Positions 36,576-46,333 of a stretch of 64,000 bases of DNA are shown piece after piece (position 1 is the first letter of the stretch; every line of letters begins with the position of its first letter). The position numbers and the translations under genes were made by a program. A model generated the notes under the pieces. The model had not been told where the DNA came from. It saw nothing but the letters and a program-made list of their open reading frames with translations, and did not search any database. Origin of the DNA: Nannocystaceae bacterium ST9 (GTDB lineage: Bacteria > Myxococcota_A > Polyangia > Nannocystales > Nannocystaceae); assembly GCA_048320885.1 (NCBI GenBank), contig JBLWFJ010000001.1, positions 1,605,642 through 1,669,641 of the forward strand, written 5' to 3'.

Positions 36576-38393
36576 CTACTCGGCTTCGACCGGGCTCAGC
36601 TCGATCCGCACGACCGGCCCGCCCGCGTCGAACCGGCCCTCGACCTCGACCCTGCGCGACTGCAACCATCGTTGCACCGGCGGATCGCCGGCGAAGTCCA
36701 CGTCCCCACGCACGCCGATCCGCCCGAGCTCGCGCATGCGAACGTGGAAGATCGCGATCTCGTGATCGGCCCGCGCGAGCCCGAGCAACCACTCCATGCG
36801 CGCGTCGTCGTCACCCGCGATCACCCAGGCGTCGGGCCCCTCCGCGAGCGTGCCCACGCGCATGCGCTGGCCCTCGTAGGTCCACTCGCCGACCTGCATC
36901 GACTGCCCCGCGATCTCGCGCGGTTCGAGCTCGACCCCGGCCAGGCCGGCGAGCGGCTCGAGCATCTCGACCAGGCTGGTCCGCGCGCGCAGCCAGCCGA
37001 CCCACTGCTCTTGGCCCTCGACCTCGCCGAGCTCGAGCAGGGCACCGCCGAACCCGGCGGTGTCGTCGGCCAGCGATCCCGCGGCTCGCCCGACCACGCC
37101 GCGCTCGCTCTGCGCGAGCTTGCCGAAGCTGCCGACGAGGTTCGGCCAGGTCGCGAGCTCGACGAGGATCCACCCGCGATCGCCGGCCTGTCGAAGCACG
37201 CGCTGGATCGTGGTCGAGTCGGCGTAGGGCCCGGTCGCGAACGCGGCGAAGCGAGGCGCCCGCGAGAGGCCATCGAAGCGCGCGCAGGCCAACGCGATCA
37301 TGCAGAGCGGCTCGCGTTCGGGCGCCGGCAGGCTCAGCGGGCTGGGCTCGGCCAGGCTGGTCAGACGCGGCGCGGCTCCGGGCGCGAGCGTCCAGCGAAG
37401 CTCGAGATCGACGCGCGGGTCTTCGCCTTCGCCGATCGTGCCGCGCAGCTCGAGGCCCTCGAAGAGCCGATCGGTCGCGAGTAGATCGTCGAAGGCTCGC
37501 TCGCGGTCGAGCAGCGCGTGCTCGTCGAGCTCGCCGCGAACCAGGGCCAGCGCCGCGTCGGCGGTCGCCTCGGCGTGCATCAATGCCTTGCTGGGCTCGG
37601 CGGCCAGGCGCAGCTCGATCGCGGCCTCGCCCGGGCTCGCGCGCGTGCCCGCGAGCGCGTCGGCTCGCTCGGCGACCTCGGCGATCCAGGTCCGCGGCGA
37701 GTCGCTCGGCGGGGCATGAAACAGATAGATCGCGTCGACTCGCAGGCCGCGGGGGTGCACCCGGGTCCAGACCAGCAGGCGCTCGCGCCCGCCACAGGTT
37801 CGCGGCTCGCCGAGCTCGGCACACACGCCGCGCCAGGGATCGTCGGGCTTGGCTCCGACGATCAGCGCGAGCACCTGGGCCAGCCGCTCGGGATCGTCGC
37901 TGGGCAGCAGCGCCCGAACGTGCACGCCGAGCGAGGCGGCTTGCTCGTGCAGCTCGACCAGCTCCGCGGGCCGCCGCCGCTCGGGCGCCTGCGCGGCGAG
38001 GTCGGTGATCCGCTTGCGGACGGCCGCGCGGCGATCGTCGAGCGGCCGCAGCGAGAGCTCGATCCTCGCGTCGCGGGCCAGGCCGATCACGGCGAGTCGA
38101 TCGAGCGGCTCGCCCGTGAACTGCTCGACGATCCCGGCGAACGCGTCGACCAGCGGCGAGCCGGTCGGACTCGGGCGCGGCAGGGCGCGAGCGAGGCGGG
38201 CGAGCGCGGTGGTGTCGTAGCTCGCGACCAACGCCGCGCCCTCGAGCTCGACGCTCGCGTCGTCACCCTCTCGATCGTCGAGCTCGGGCGCGATCACGAT
38301 CGGCTCGCGCGCGTGCTCGGGCTCGCGCTCGGGTTCGTTCGCGGGTCCACACGCGAGCAGCCCCGCGAGCGCGAGCCAGCGAAGCCTGGTCAT
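36576..38393 (-). CDS. Hypothetical lipoprotein (605 aa), paralog of the upstream gene
   Basis: Lipobox LAGLLACG. Shares FAAFATGPYAD, WPNLVGSFGKLAQSE and AGDDDARMEWLLGLARADHE blocks with the adjacent lipoprotein. Confidence 0.65.
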   Translation of the reverse strand: MTRLRWLALAGLLACGPANEPEREPEHAREPIVIAPELDDREGDDASVELEGAALVASYDTTALARLARALPRPSPTGSPLVDAFAGIVEQFTGEPLDRLAVIGLARDARIELSLRPLDDRRAAVRKRITDLAAQAPERRRPAELVELHEQAASLGVHVRALLPSDDPERLAQVLALIVGAKPDDPWRGVCAELGEPRTCGGRERLLVWTRVHPRGLRVDAIYLFHAPPSDSPRTWIAEVAERADALAGTRASPGEAAIELRLAAEPSKALMHAEATADAALALVRGELDEHALLDRERAFDDLLATDRLFEGLELRGTIGEGEDPRVDLELRWTLAPGAAPRLTSLAEPSPLSLPAPEREPLCMIALACARFDGLSRAPRFAAFATGPYADSTTIQRVLRQAGDRGWILVELATWPNLVGSFGKLAQSERGVVGRAAGSLADDTAGFGGALLELGEVEGQEQWVGWLRARTSLVEMLEPLAGLAGVELEPREIAGQSMQVGEWTYEGQRMRVGTLAEGPDAWVIAGDDDARMEWLLGLARADHEIAIFHVRMRELGRIGVRGDVDFAGDPPVQRWLQSRRVEVEGRFDAGGPVVRIELSPVEAE

Positions 38394-40339
38394 GGCTTCT
38401 CGAGCGCGACGCGGATCGCCGGGCCGGACTTGCCCTGATCCCACTGGGCTCGCAGCGATCGGCCCGTCATCCATGCTCGGGCGAACCCGAACTCGCGCGC
38501 GAGCTCGTCGACGCTCTCGACGGCCCGCCACAGATCGGGGACCTCGAAGTAGGCGATCGGTGCCGAGCCGTCGTCGCGCGGCAGCCCGGCCAGCCAACCC
38601 ACGCTCTCGTCGCCGTCGGCGAGCACCGCCCAACCCCAGTCGCCGGTCTCGATCGGCGGATCGCTGATCGCATAGAAGCGCGCCGGCACCTCGTCGTCGG
38701 GCAAGTGCGCGGTCTCGATCGAGCCCGGCACGCCCTCGATCGTGGTGGGCGTCAGGCCGATCTCGGCCATCCGCATCAGCCCGCGCAGGGTCGAGAGATC
38801 CATCGCCGGCATGCGAGCGAACCCGACCCACTCGCCGAGCGGGCGGCCTTGCAGGGTGCTTCGCTCGCGCAGCGCGAACCCGAAGGCCAGCACCCGCTCG
38901 ACCGCCTTCTTCGAGTTCTCGGCCACGACCGACTCGGGCGGCTGCAGGCTCTGGCCGGGGAACTTGCCGAGCATGCCGAGCGCGTTGGGCCAGCTCTCGA
39001 GCACGAGCAGCGCGAGCATCGACTCGTCTTCGCCCTGCTCGAAGGTGGTCTCGAACAGCTCGGGATCGGCGAAGGGCCCAGTCGCGAGCGAGGCGAAGCG
39101 CGCGGTCGAGGGCACGCCTCGGCTGCGCCCGCAGGCCAGCGAGCCCGCACACAAGCTCGCCAGCGTCGGCACGTCAGCGTCGACCTGCAGCAGCCCGAAC
39201 ATCTCGCCGGCCGCCTGTTCGCCGAGCTTCGTCGGCAGCCAGGCGAAGTTGGCGAGCATCCGCTGGGGCTCGACGTCGAGCTCGAGCGCGACGCCGTCGA
39301 AGAGCCGCGCGGGCTCGTGGATCGCCCGCAGGGCTTCGTCGCGCTCGCGGTGGCGCTCGAGCGCCGAGCGACCCTCCCAGCGCAGGTTGGCGATCGTCTC
39401 GCCGAGCTCGCGCGCCCGCAGGGCGTTGAACGCCGAGGCGCTCGCGATCAGCAAGTTGGCGTCGCCGCGCAGCGAGCCGACGTCGGGGATCGCGGTGGCC
39501 GAGGGCGCCGCGACGGCCTGCTGAACCACCGCGCTGCGCAGCTCGGTCTCGGCCTCGTCGTGGGCCGAGCGAAAGAACGTCAGCGCGTCGAGCTGGACGC
39601 CGCCCGGGACCATGCGAGCGACCAGCATCAAGCCCTCGTCGCCCGTACACAGCACGTGCGGCTGGAGCGAGACGCAGGTCTTCGTCCACGCGCCGGGCTC
39701 GACCTTCATCGACATCGAGCGCAGCGTCTGGCTGCGCTCGATGTCGGCGATCGGCAAGTGCATGCGCAGGTGCAGGCCGAGGGTCTCGACGCGATCGAGG
39801 AGGAGCTCGGCGTCGGTCGAGAGCGGGGGCGGTTGAGTTTGATCAGGCGTGTCGGGCCGAGCGAGCTCGTCGATCAGCGGGCCAGCCTGCTCGAGCGTCT
39901 GCTGGATCGCGCCGGCGTGATCGAGGATCGGCCGGATCGAGAAGCTGGCCCGCGCCTGCGGATCGAGGCCCATGAACTCGAGCACGTCGTCGACGCGCGG
40001 ATCGACGCCGAGCAGCGAGCCGGCCATGGCCAGATCGCGCGCCGCGTCGGGCGAGAGCGGGATGCCATGCACGAGCTCTTGCAGCGTTCCGACGCGAACG
40101 CTCGCGAACAAGAACGCGCCGTCGAGATAGCCCGGCTGCATGCCGACCGAGGGACCCGCGAGCGCCGGAACCAGCTCGCGCGGCGCCGGGGCGCTGGGAT
40201 CGGGGTTGAAGAGCGGCGGGCGATCCTCGGCGCCGGCTTGGCCCGCGGGACCCTCGTCGCTCGCAGCGTCGCGCGTCTCGTTGCAGCCGAGCGGGAGCGC
40301 GAGCGCGAGCAGCAGCGAGGCGAGGCGCGGGCCGATCAT
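38390..40339 (-). CDS. Hypothetical lipoprotein (649 aa), paralog of the downstream gene
   Basis: Lipobox LALPLGC. Shares FASLATGPFAD, WPNALGMLGKFPGQS and LADGDESVGWLAGLPRDD blocks with the downstream lipoprotein. Its stop overlaps the downstream ATG. Confidence 0.65.
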   Translation of the reverse strand: MIGPRLASLLLALALPLGCNETRDAASDEGPAGQAGAEDRPPLFNPDPSAPAPRELVPALAGPSVGMQPGYLDGAFLFASVRVGTLQELVHGIPLSPDAARDLAMAGSLLGVDPRVDDVLEFMGLDPQARASFSIRPILDHAGAIQQTLEQAGPLIDELARPDTPDQTQPPPLSTDAELLLDRVETLGLHLRMHLPIADIERSQTLRSMSMKVEPGAWTKTCVSLQPHVLCTGDEGLMLVARMVPGGVQLDALTFFRSAHDEAETELRSAVVQQAVAAPSATAIPDVGSLRGDANLLIASASAFNALRARELGETIANLRWEGRSALERHRERDEALRAIHEPARLFDGVALELDVEPQRMLANFAWLPTKLGEQAAGEMFGLLQVDADVPTLASLCAGSLACGRSRGVPSTARFASLATGPFADPELFETTFEQGEDESMLALLVLESWPNALGMLGKFPGQSLQPPESVVAENSKKAVERVLAFGFALRERSTLQGRPLGEWVGFARMPAMDLSTLRGLMRMAEIGLTPTTIEGVPGSIETAHLPDDEVPARFYAISDPPIETGDWGWAVLADGDESVGWLAGLPRDDGSAPIAYFEVPDLWRAVESVDELAREFGFARAWMTGRSLRAQWDQGKSGPAIRVALEKP

Positions 40340-40360
40340 CGCGGCGACTCTATCACGCGA

Positions 40361-40774
40361 TCACTCGCCCTCGCCCGAGAGGTAGAGCCAGCGCCCGCCC
40401 TCGCGGACGAACACGCTGTGCTCGACGAACGACACGTCGCGACCTTCGCGGCTGAGCCGAGCGAAGAAGCGGACCTCGCCGCGATCACCCTGCTCGCGGC
40501 TCAGCTGGATCTCGAGCCCCTCGAAGCGCGTGCTCGTGCAGAACTGCGCGACGTCGGCCCGCCACTCGCGGGTGTCGCTGCGAAAGTGCGGGCCCTCGGG
40601 GTGGGTGGTCGCGAGCAGATAGTCGACCTCGCCCAGCGCGTAGGCACAGTAGCGCGAGCGCATCAGCGCCTCGGGGCTCGACGCGGGCGCGCCCGCGTGC
40701 AGCGGACGGCAGCAGCGCTTGTACTTGTGGCCCGAACCGCAGGGGCAGGGCGCGTTGACGGAGACGCTCGGCAT
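40361..40774 (-). CDS. SEC-C motif protein (YchJ/UPF0225 family)
   Basis: CPCGSGHKYKRCC SEC-C metal-binding motif at the N-terminus. Confidence 0.8.
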   Translation of the reverse strand: MPSVSVNAPCPCGSGHKYKRCCRPLHAGAPASSPEALMRSRYCAYALGEVDYLLATTHPEGPHFRSDTREWRADVAQFCTSTRFEGLEIQLSREQGDRGEVRFFARLSREGRDVSFVEHSVFVREGGRWLYLSGEGE

Positions 40775-40829
40775 GCCGCGATCAGCCTAACGGGTTTCAC
40801 GAGGCCCTCGCACCGGCTACCTTGCGCGC

Positions 40830-42377
40830 GTGCCCCTGGTCGACGTGCTCCTCGACCCCGACGCGTTCGGCGATCCCGATCGCCTGCGCCAAGCCGCCGC
40901 GCGCCAGGCCAAGATCCCGCTCGGCCAGGTTCGTCACGTGGTCGTCCGCAAGCGCAGCGTCGACGCGCGGCGCGGGCAGGTTCGGATCCGGGCGCAGGTC
41001 GAGGTGCTCACCCACGACGCGCCGCCCGAGCCTCTGCCTCGACCCTGGCCGCTGGCCTCGCTGACGGGCGAACCGAGGGTCGCCGTGATCGGTGCAGGCC
41101 CGGCCGGACTCTTCTGCGCGCTGGCCTTGGCTCGCGCCGGTGTGCGCTCGCTGATCCTCGAGCGCGGTCAGCCGGTCAGCCAGCGTCGGCGCGACGTCGC
41201 CGATCTCAGCGCGCGCGGGATCCTGCACGCCGAGAGCAACTACTGCTTCGGCGAAGGCGGAGCCGGGACCTTCAGCGACGGCAAGCTCTACACGCGCGCC
41301 GACAAGCGCGGGCCGGTCGACGAAGTGCTGCGAGCCCTGGTCGCCCACGGAGCGCCGATCGATCTGCTGGTCGACGCTCGCCCGCACATCGGCACCAACC
41401 GCCTGCCGGGCGTGGTCACCAGCCTGCGTCAGCACCTCGAGCAAGCCGGCGTGCTCGTCCGCTTCGGCGCGCGCGTGACTCGACTGTGCACGCACGAGGG
41501 CGCGATCGAAGGCGTCGAGCTCGAAGGTGGCGAGCGGATCGACGTGCCCGCGGTCGTGCTCGCGACCGGCCACTCGGCGCACGACGTGGTCCGCTTCGTT
41601 CGTGAAGCCGGCGCGCAGGTCAGCTTCAAGCCCTTCGCGCTGGGCGTGCGGCTCGAGCATCCGCAGCCGGTGATCGACGCGATCCAGTATGGTCGCTGGG
41701 CCGGACATCCCGTGGTCGGCCCGGCCAGCTATCGCCTGGTCCAGAAGGTCGGCGACACCTCGGTGTTCTCGTTCTGCATGTGCCCCGGCGGCCACATCGT
41801 CCCGGCCGCGACCGAGCCCGACGGACAAGTCGTCAACGGCTGGAGCCCCTCCTCGCACCGCGGTCGCTTCGCCAACAGCGGGTTCGTGGCCGAAGTCGGG
41901 CTCGCGCAGCTGCACGAAGCCGGCCTCGATCCCAGCGATCCGCTCGCCGGCCTCGAGCTCCAGCGTCGCTACGAGCGAGCCGCCTACGACGCGGGCGGCG
42001 GGGCCTTCGTCGGTCCCGCGCAAGGCCTGCTCGACTTCGTCGCCGGCCGCACCAGCGCGTCGCTGCCCACGTGCAGCTACCCGCGCGGCGTTCGACCAGC
42101 GCGACTCGACGAGCTGCTCGGTCCGCTGGCCTCGCCGATCCGCGACGCGCTGAAGCAAGTGGCCGCGGTCATGCCCGCGTTCATGACCGCCGATGCGCTC
42201 GCCGTCGGCGTCGAGAGCCGAACCAGCTCGCCGGTTCGAATCGAGCGCGACCGCGAGACCCTGCAATCGCCGACGCTGCGCGGGCTCTATCCCTGCGGCG
42301 AAGGGGCCGGGTTCGCGGGTGGGATCATGTCGGCCGCGCTCGATGGCATGCGGATCGCAGACGCGATCGCGGGCTGA
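40830..42377 (+). CDS. FAD-dependent oxidoreductase (COG2509-like)
   Basis: Rossmann dinucleotide motif VAVIGAGPAGLFCALALARAG. Confidence 0.8.
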   Translation: MPLVDVLLDPDAFGDPDRLRQAAARQAKIPLGQVRHVVVRKRSVDARRGQVRIRAQVEVLTHDAPPEPLPRPWPLASLTGEPRVAVIGAGPAGLFCALALARAGVRSLILERGQPVSQRRRDVADLSARGILHAESNYCFGEGGAGTFSDGKLYTRADKRGPVDEVLRALVAHGAPIDLLVDARPHIGTNRLPGVVTSLRQHLEQAGVLVRFGARVTRLCTHEGAIEGVELEGGERIDVPAVVLATGHSAHDVVRFVREAGAQVSFKPFALGVRLEHPQPVIDAIQYGRWAGHPVVGPASYRLVQKVGDTSVFSFCMCPGGHIVPAATEPDGQVVNGWSPSSHRGRFANSGFVAEVGLAQLHEAGLDPSDPLAGLELQRRYERAAYDAGGGAFVGPAQGLLDFVAGRTSASLPTCSYPRGVRPARLDELLGPLASPIRDALKQVAAVMPAFMTADALAVGVESRTSSPVRIERDRETLQSPTLRGLYPCGEGAGFAGGIMSAALDGMRIADAIAG

Positions 42378-42403
42378 GACAGGGCTGAGATAGGGCTGAG
42401 ATA

Positions 42404-42426
42404 GGGAGACCGCCCGGCGGTCTCCC
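42404..42426 (+). terminator. Putative intrinsic terminator hairpin after the oxidoreductase gene
   Basis: Perfect 9-bp inverted repeat GGGAGACCG-CCCGG-CGGTCTCCC, 27 bp after the stop. Preceded by three GGGCTGAGAYA direct repeats. No U-tract, which is common in high-GC genomes. Confidence 0.35.
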
Positions 42427-43506
42427 CCTCGAGCTTCGCTCGAGGAACCCCCTCTTCTCGGCTCTGCCTACGTGGGGCATTGCGTGGTTCCCCTGCTCGG
42501 GCCGTCTCGCCCTCGCGGGGAATGGACAGCGGGTTCGCTTCGCTCCCCTTGCTTCCGCTTCGGCGACGGCTCGTCGCTTTTTCTTTGCGGGAGGTCGGAC
42601 AGAGAAACTTGGCCCCATCGCCTGGCCGCTTGTCATTGCTGGGTTTGTCGTGCTTTGCACGATTTTTCCCACGCCTTCTCAACCGATGTTGGAACTGTCG
42701 AGTGGGCCGGACATTGGAATGCCGACCGGGGATCCAACCGCGACACCTACGCCCCAAGGCGGATGCAATCCTGAGCAGCATACACGCGTCGCATCATTCA
42801 GTTTCGGGCTCTCGCTGCTCGGCGAGCGCCTGGAGGCCGCGATGGCCCTCTGCTCATTCTTCGAACGCGTTACAGTGATCAGTGTGGTCGCGTGAGCGCG
42901 ATGGCTCCACCCGCTCAGCTTGGACTCGACTTGACATTCGCACGCATCAATGATATGATTCATGCGATGGTCGATTGTCTGGAATCCATCGAACACCTCG
43001 CCCGGCAGATCGCTGAACTCGCTCGCTGCATCGATACGGTCAAGCACGCTTGGCTCCGGCGAATCCGTGAATTCGACGCCCGCAATGGTTGGGCAGACAC
43101 GGGCTGCGTCTCGATGGTCGCGTGGCTCTCGTGGTGGACGGGCACCAGCAACAAGACGGCCAGCGAGCATGTCCGTATCGCCCGGGCGCTCGGTGAGCTG
43201 GCTTTGATCGATCAGGCATTCGCAGCCGGTGAGCTGACCTATTCCAAGGTCCGCGCGCTCACCCGCGGCGCCACGCCGGCCACCGAACAAACCCTGCTCG
43301 ACGTTGCCACGACCGCGACCGCCAGCCAGCTCGACAAGATCGTCGCTGGATTGCGGCGAGTCCGAGTGTACGCAAATCCCGAGCAAGGCGGTGGCGAAGC
43401 GCCGCGCCGATTCGCCCGCTTCACCGAGACGCCGGATGGCATGGTTCGAATCGTCGCTCAGGTCGGGCCCGAGGAGGCGCTCGTCCTGCAGGCGGCAATG
43501 GACGTG

Positions 43507-43533
43507 GCGCAATCTCCCGCGGGGGATTCGACG
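43507..43533. repeat. Palindromic element copy (GCGCAATCTCCCGCGGGGGATTCGACG) inside the HNH ORF
   Basis: Encodes AQSPAGDS. One mismatch from a perfect palindrome. Confidence 0.7.
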
Positions 43534-43555
43534 GCGCCCCGCGCGGCCAACGACC

Positions 43556-43580
43556 CGCAATCTCCCGCGGGAGATTTCGG
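43556..43580. repeat. Palindromic element copy (CGCAATCTCCCGCGGGAGATTTCGG) inside the HNH ORF
   Basis: Encodes PQSPAGDF. Core AATCTCCCGCGGGAGATT is a perfect 18-bp palindrome. Confidence 0.7.
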
Positions 43581-45103
43581 GTCCGACCAAGCCGACGCGC
43601 TGGTCGCCGTCGCGCGCGGCTATCTCGATCGCAAGCCGACCACGCGCGGCACCGGTTGCGAGCTGATCATGATGACCACGCCCGAACAGCTCGCTCACGG
43701 CCCCGAGGGGATCGGTGGATTCCTGCGCGATGGCACCCCGTTGCCGCTGCACGTGGCCCGAATGCTGGCCTGCGACGCCTCGCGGGTCGACGTGAGCGTC
43801 GGCGAGTCGGGTGAGATCCTCGACGTCGGCCGCTCGCGTCGAACCATCCCCACGGGGATCGGTCGCGCGCTGACGCTGCGCGACGGTGGCTGTCGCGTGC
43901 CGGGCTGCGGGCGCTCACGGCATCTGCAGGCCCATCATGTCGAAGCATGGGCAGAAGGTGGGGAGACCTCGATCTCGAACCTCGTGCTGCTCTGCCCCGG
44001 CCACCACGGCTTGGTCCACGAGGGCAAGCTGCACGTCGAGGTTCGGGCGGGCAAGCTCGAATTCATCAATGCCCACGGTCTGACCATCGAGCCTACGCCG
44101 AACCACAGCATCGACCCCGAGACCGTCGCCGCTTGGCTCGACGCTGCCGAGCCCCCGGGCGAGCCGCCGATGGCGTGGGACGGGAGTCGGCTCGACCTTC
44201 ACGAGGTGATCGGTTGGATGATGCTGTCCGAAGGATTTCGAGCGGACGTGGGCGCGCGGGGATGATTGCGCAGGGCTCATCTCGGGCCTTCTCGAGGGCA
44301 TGCTCGCCTGGTCAGCTCGGGCGTGGATCCGCCTCGCCTACGCCCTCTGACCAACGAAGCGCGATCGCCCGCTCGAGTCGAAGTCGGCCGCGAAGCGCTG
44401 GGGTCAGGAGCGGACCTGTTCCAACACGGTCGGCCCCCAACGTCGCGGCGCAAACAGGTCTCAGCAAAAACAACCAGGGAGGCCCCCGGCATGGTGGCCT
44501 CCCCGTCGCTTCGAGCGGTTCCGGTTCTCTTGTTTCGAGGCTCCCGCAGCGCCTCGGGGTCCGTTGTCGCGTCGTGGATCGCGGGCCGACGCGGTGGTCG
44601 ATGGCTTCGACCGAGTTGCTGCCGGGGCAGAGCCCCGACGACTCGACTCTCGTCGAGTGGCGAGCTCGCGCTCGCGTCAGGAGTGTGCGTCCGTCGAGGT
44701 CGGCTCGAGACTGGCTCGGGAGCGCCTCGACTTCAGGGTGGCGCCGCGCTGGGCGGGCGCCGGTCCCGGGCTAGGAGGGTCCTCCTTTCGGGGGTTGAGC
44801 CCGATGGTTGCAAGTAGGGGCTTGGAGCGGACGTCGTGATTCGATCATGCTCACCTCCTGTTGCCGGGTGCCTGAAGCGACACGCCGATCGTAGCAGCGT
44901 CCGTTCGCTTCGCTCACTACTAATTTTTAGGGAGGCCCTTCCGCGGGCCTCCCCCGGGCCGGCAGAGCCGTCCCGGGTCCTCCTCCTCGCAGGCCCTTCG
45001 GGCTTGCTCGCTTCGCCTTCGCTCGCTCGGTCCTTCAGCCACGGTTCAATTTCGCGACGAGTCGGTGGCGACTCTCGCGTGGAGGGAATTCCTTTGGCCG
45101 GCT

Positions 45104-46228
45104 TCAGCGCCCGAGCAGGGTGTCGAGCAGGCCCTTCTTCTTGGGCGCGACGGTCTGGCCGAGCTCCTCGGCGAGCGCCCGCAGCTTGTCCTCTTGCTCG
45201 GCGTTGAGCTTCTTGGGCACGCTGACGTTGACGCGGACATGATGGTCGCCGCGCGAGCGACCGCGGGTCTCGAGCACGGGGATGCCTTGGCCTCGCCGGG
45301 TCAGGATCGTGCCCGGCTGCGTGCCCGGGTCGATGTCCAGCTCGGTCTCGCCCTCGAGCGTGGGGATGGTGACCTTGGTGCCCAGCGTGGCCTGGAACAT
45401 CGAGATCTCGAGCTCGCTGACGATGTCGTACTCGTGCCGCTCGAAGCGAGGATCGGCCTCGACGCGCAGAACCACGTAGAGGTTGCCGGGTGGACCGCCC
45501 GCGCTGCCGGGCTGACCAGCGTTGGGGATCCGCAGGGTCTGACCGTCGTCGACGCCGGCGGGGATCTTGACGCTGAGCTTGGACTCGCGCTGGACCGAGC
45601 CGCTGCCCGAGCAGGTCTTGCAGGGCGACTCGATCGTCTCGCCGCGACCGCGGCAGCGCGGGCAGGTGGTCTGCACGCGGAAGAAGCCCTGGCTGTGCAC
45701 GACCTGGCCGTGGCCCTGGCACTCGCGACACTTGGTCGGCGAGGTCCCGGGCTCGGCACCGCTGCCCGAGCAGGTCTCGCAGTCGACTCGCCGCGGCACG
45801 TTGATCTCGCGCTCGCTGCCCTCGACCGCCTCGAGGAAGGGGATCTCGAACTCCATCTTGAGGTCGGCGCCGCGCTGCGCTCCACCGCGCCGTCGCCCAC
45901 CGCCACCGCTGAAGCCGAGGTTGCCGAACAGGTCGCCGAACAGGTCGCCGAAGTGGGCGAAGATCTCTTCGGTGCCTTGGAAGCCCTGGAAGCCCGCGCC
46001 GCGCGGACCTTCGTGGCCGAACTGATCGTAGAGCCGACGCTTCTGATCGTCGCTCAGCACCTCGAACGCCTCGGCGCACTCCTTGAAGCGCTCTTCGGCG
46101 GTCGCGTCCCCCGGGTTGCGGTCGGGGTGGTACTGCATCGCCATCTTGCGATAAGCGCGTTTGATGTCCACCGCGGAGGCATCGCGCGCGACCTCCAGGA
46201 CCTCGTAGTAATCGCGTTTTGCGGACAC
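45104..46228 (-). CDS. dnaJ: Molecular chaperone DnaJ
   Basis: J-domain HPD motif (YHPDRNPGD), G/F-rich linker, four CxxCxGxG zinc-finger repeats, conserved C-terminal domain. Confidence 0.9.
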   Translation of the reverse strand: MSAKRDYYEVLEVARDASAVDIKRAYRKMAMQYHPDRNPGDATAEERFKECAEAFEVLSDDQKRRLYDQFGHEGPRGAGFQGFQGTEEIFAHFGDLFGDLFGNLGFSGGGGRRRGGAQRGADLKMEFEIPFLEAVEGSEREINVPRRVDCETCSGSGAEPGTSPTKCRECQGHGQVVHSQGFFRVQTTCPRCRGRGETIESPCKTCSGSGSVQRESKLSVKIPAGVDDGQTLRIPNAGQPGSAGGPPGNLYVVLRVEADPRFERHEYDIVSELEISMFQATLGTKVTIPTLEGETELDIDPGTQPGTILTRRGQGIPVLETRGRSRGDHHVRVNVSVPKKLNAEQEDKLRALAEELGQTVAPKKKGLLDTLLGR

Positions 46229-46333
46229 CGCGCGCGAAACCTAAGGCCGGGCCCGCGAGCTGTCAACCAAGCGCGTCGACGTGCACTCCTATGGTATGGT
46301 CCGCGCCGTCGACCGAGGTCCGAGAGACACGTC

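Larger units (their letters stand above)
42892..44265 (+). mobile_element. DUF222 + HNH endonuclease ORF (REP13E12-like repeat-element protein)
   Basis: C-terminal HNH region RDGGCRVPGCGRSRHLQAHHVEAWAEGGETSISNLVLLCPGHH. N-terminal DUF222-like region. GC3 is clearly lower than in neighbours. Contains two copies of the 18-bp palindrome. An internal fragment of a second copy lies at 60678..60900. Confidence 0.8.

Noticed and set aside
44861-44873. CTCACCTCCT resembling the 16S rRNA 3' end / anti-SD
   Set aside because: It is an isolated 10-mer with no surrounding rRNA-like sequence. Treated as coincidence.
46229-46333. CIRCE/HrcA operator or sigma-32 promoter upstream of dnaJ
   Set aside because: Only a half-site-like GTGCACTC is present, and there is no inverted partner. 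The candidate -35/-10 spacing is unconvincing, so no promoter call is made.
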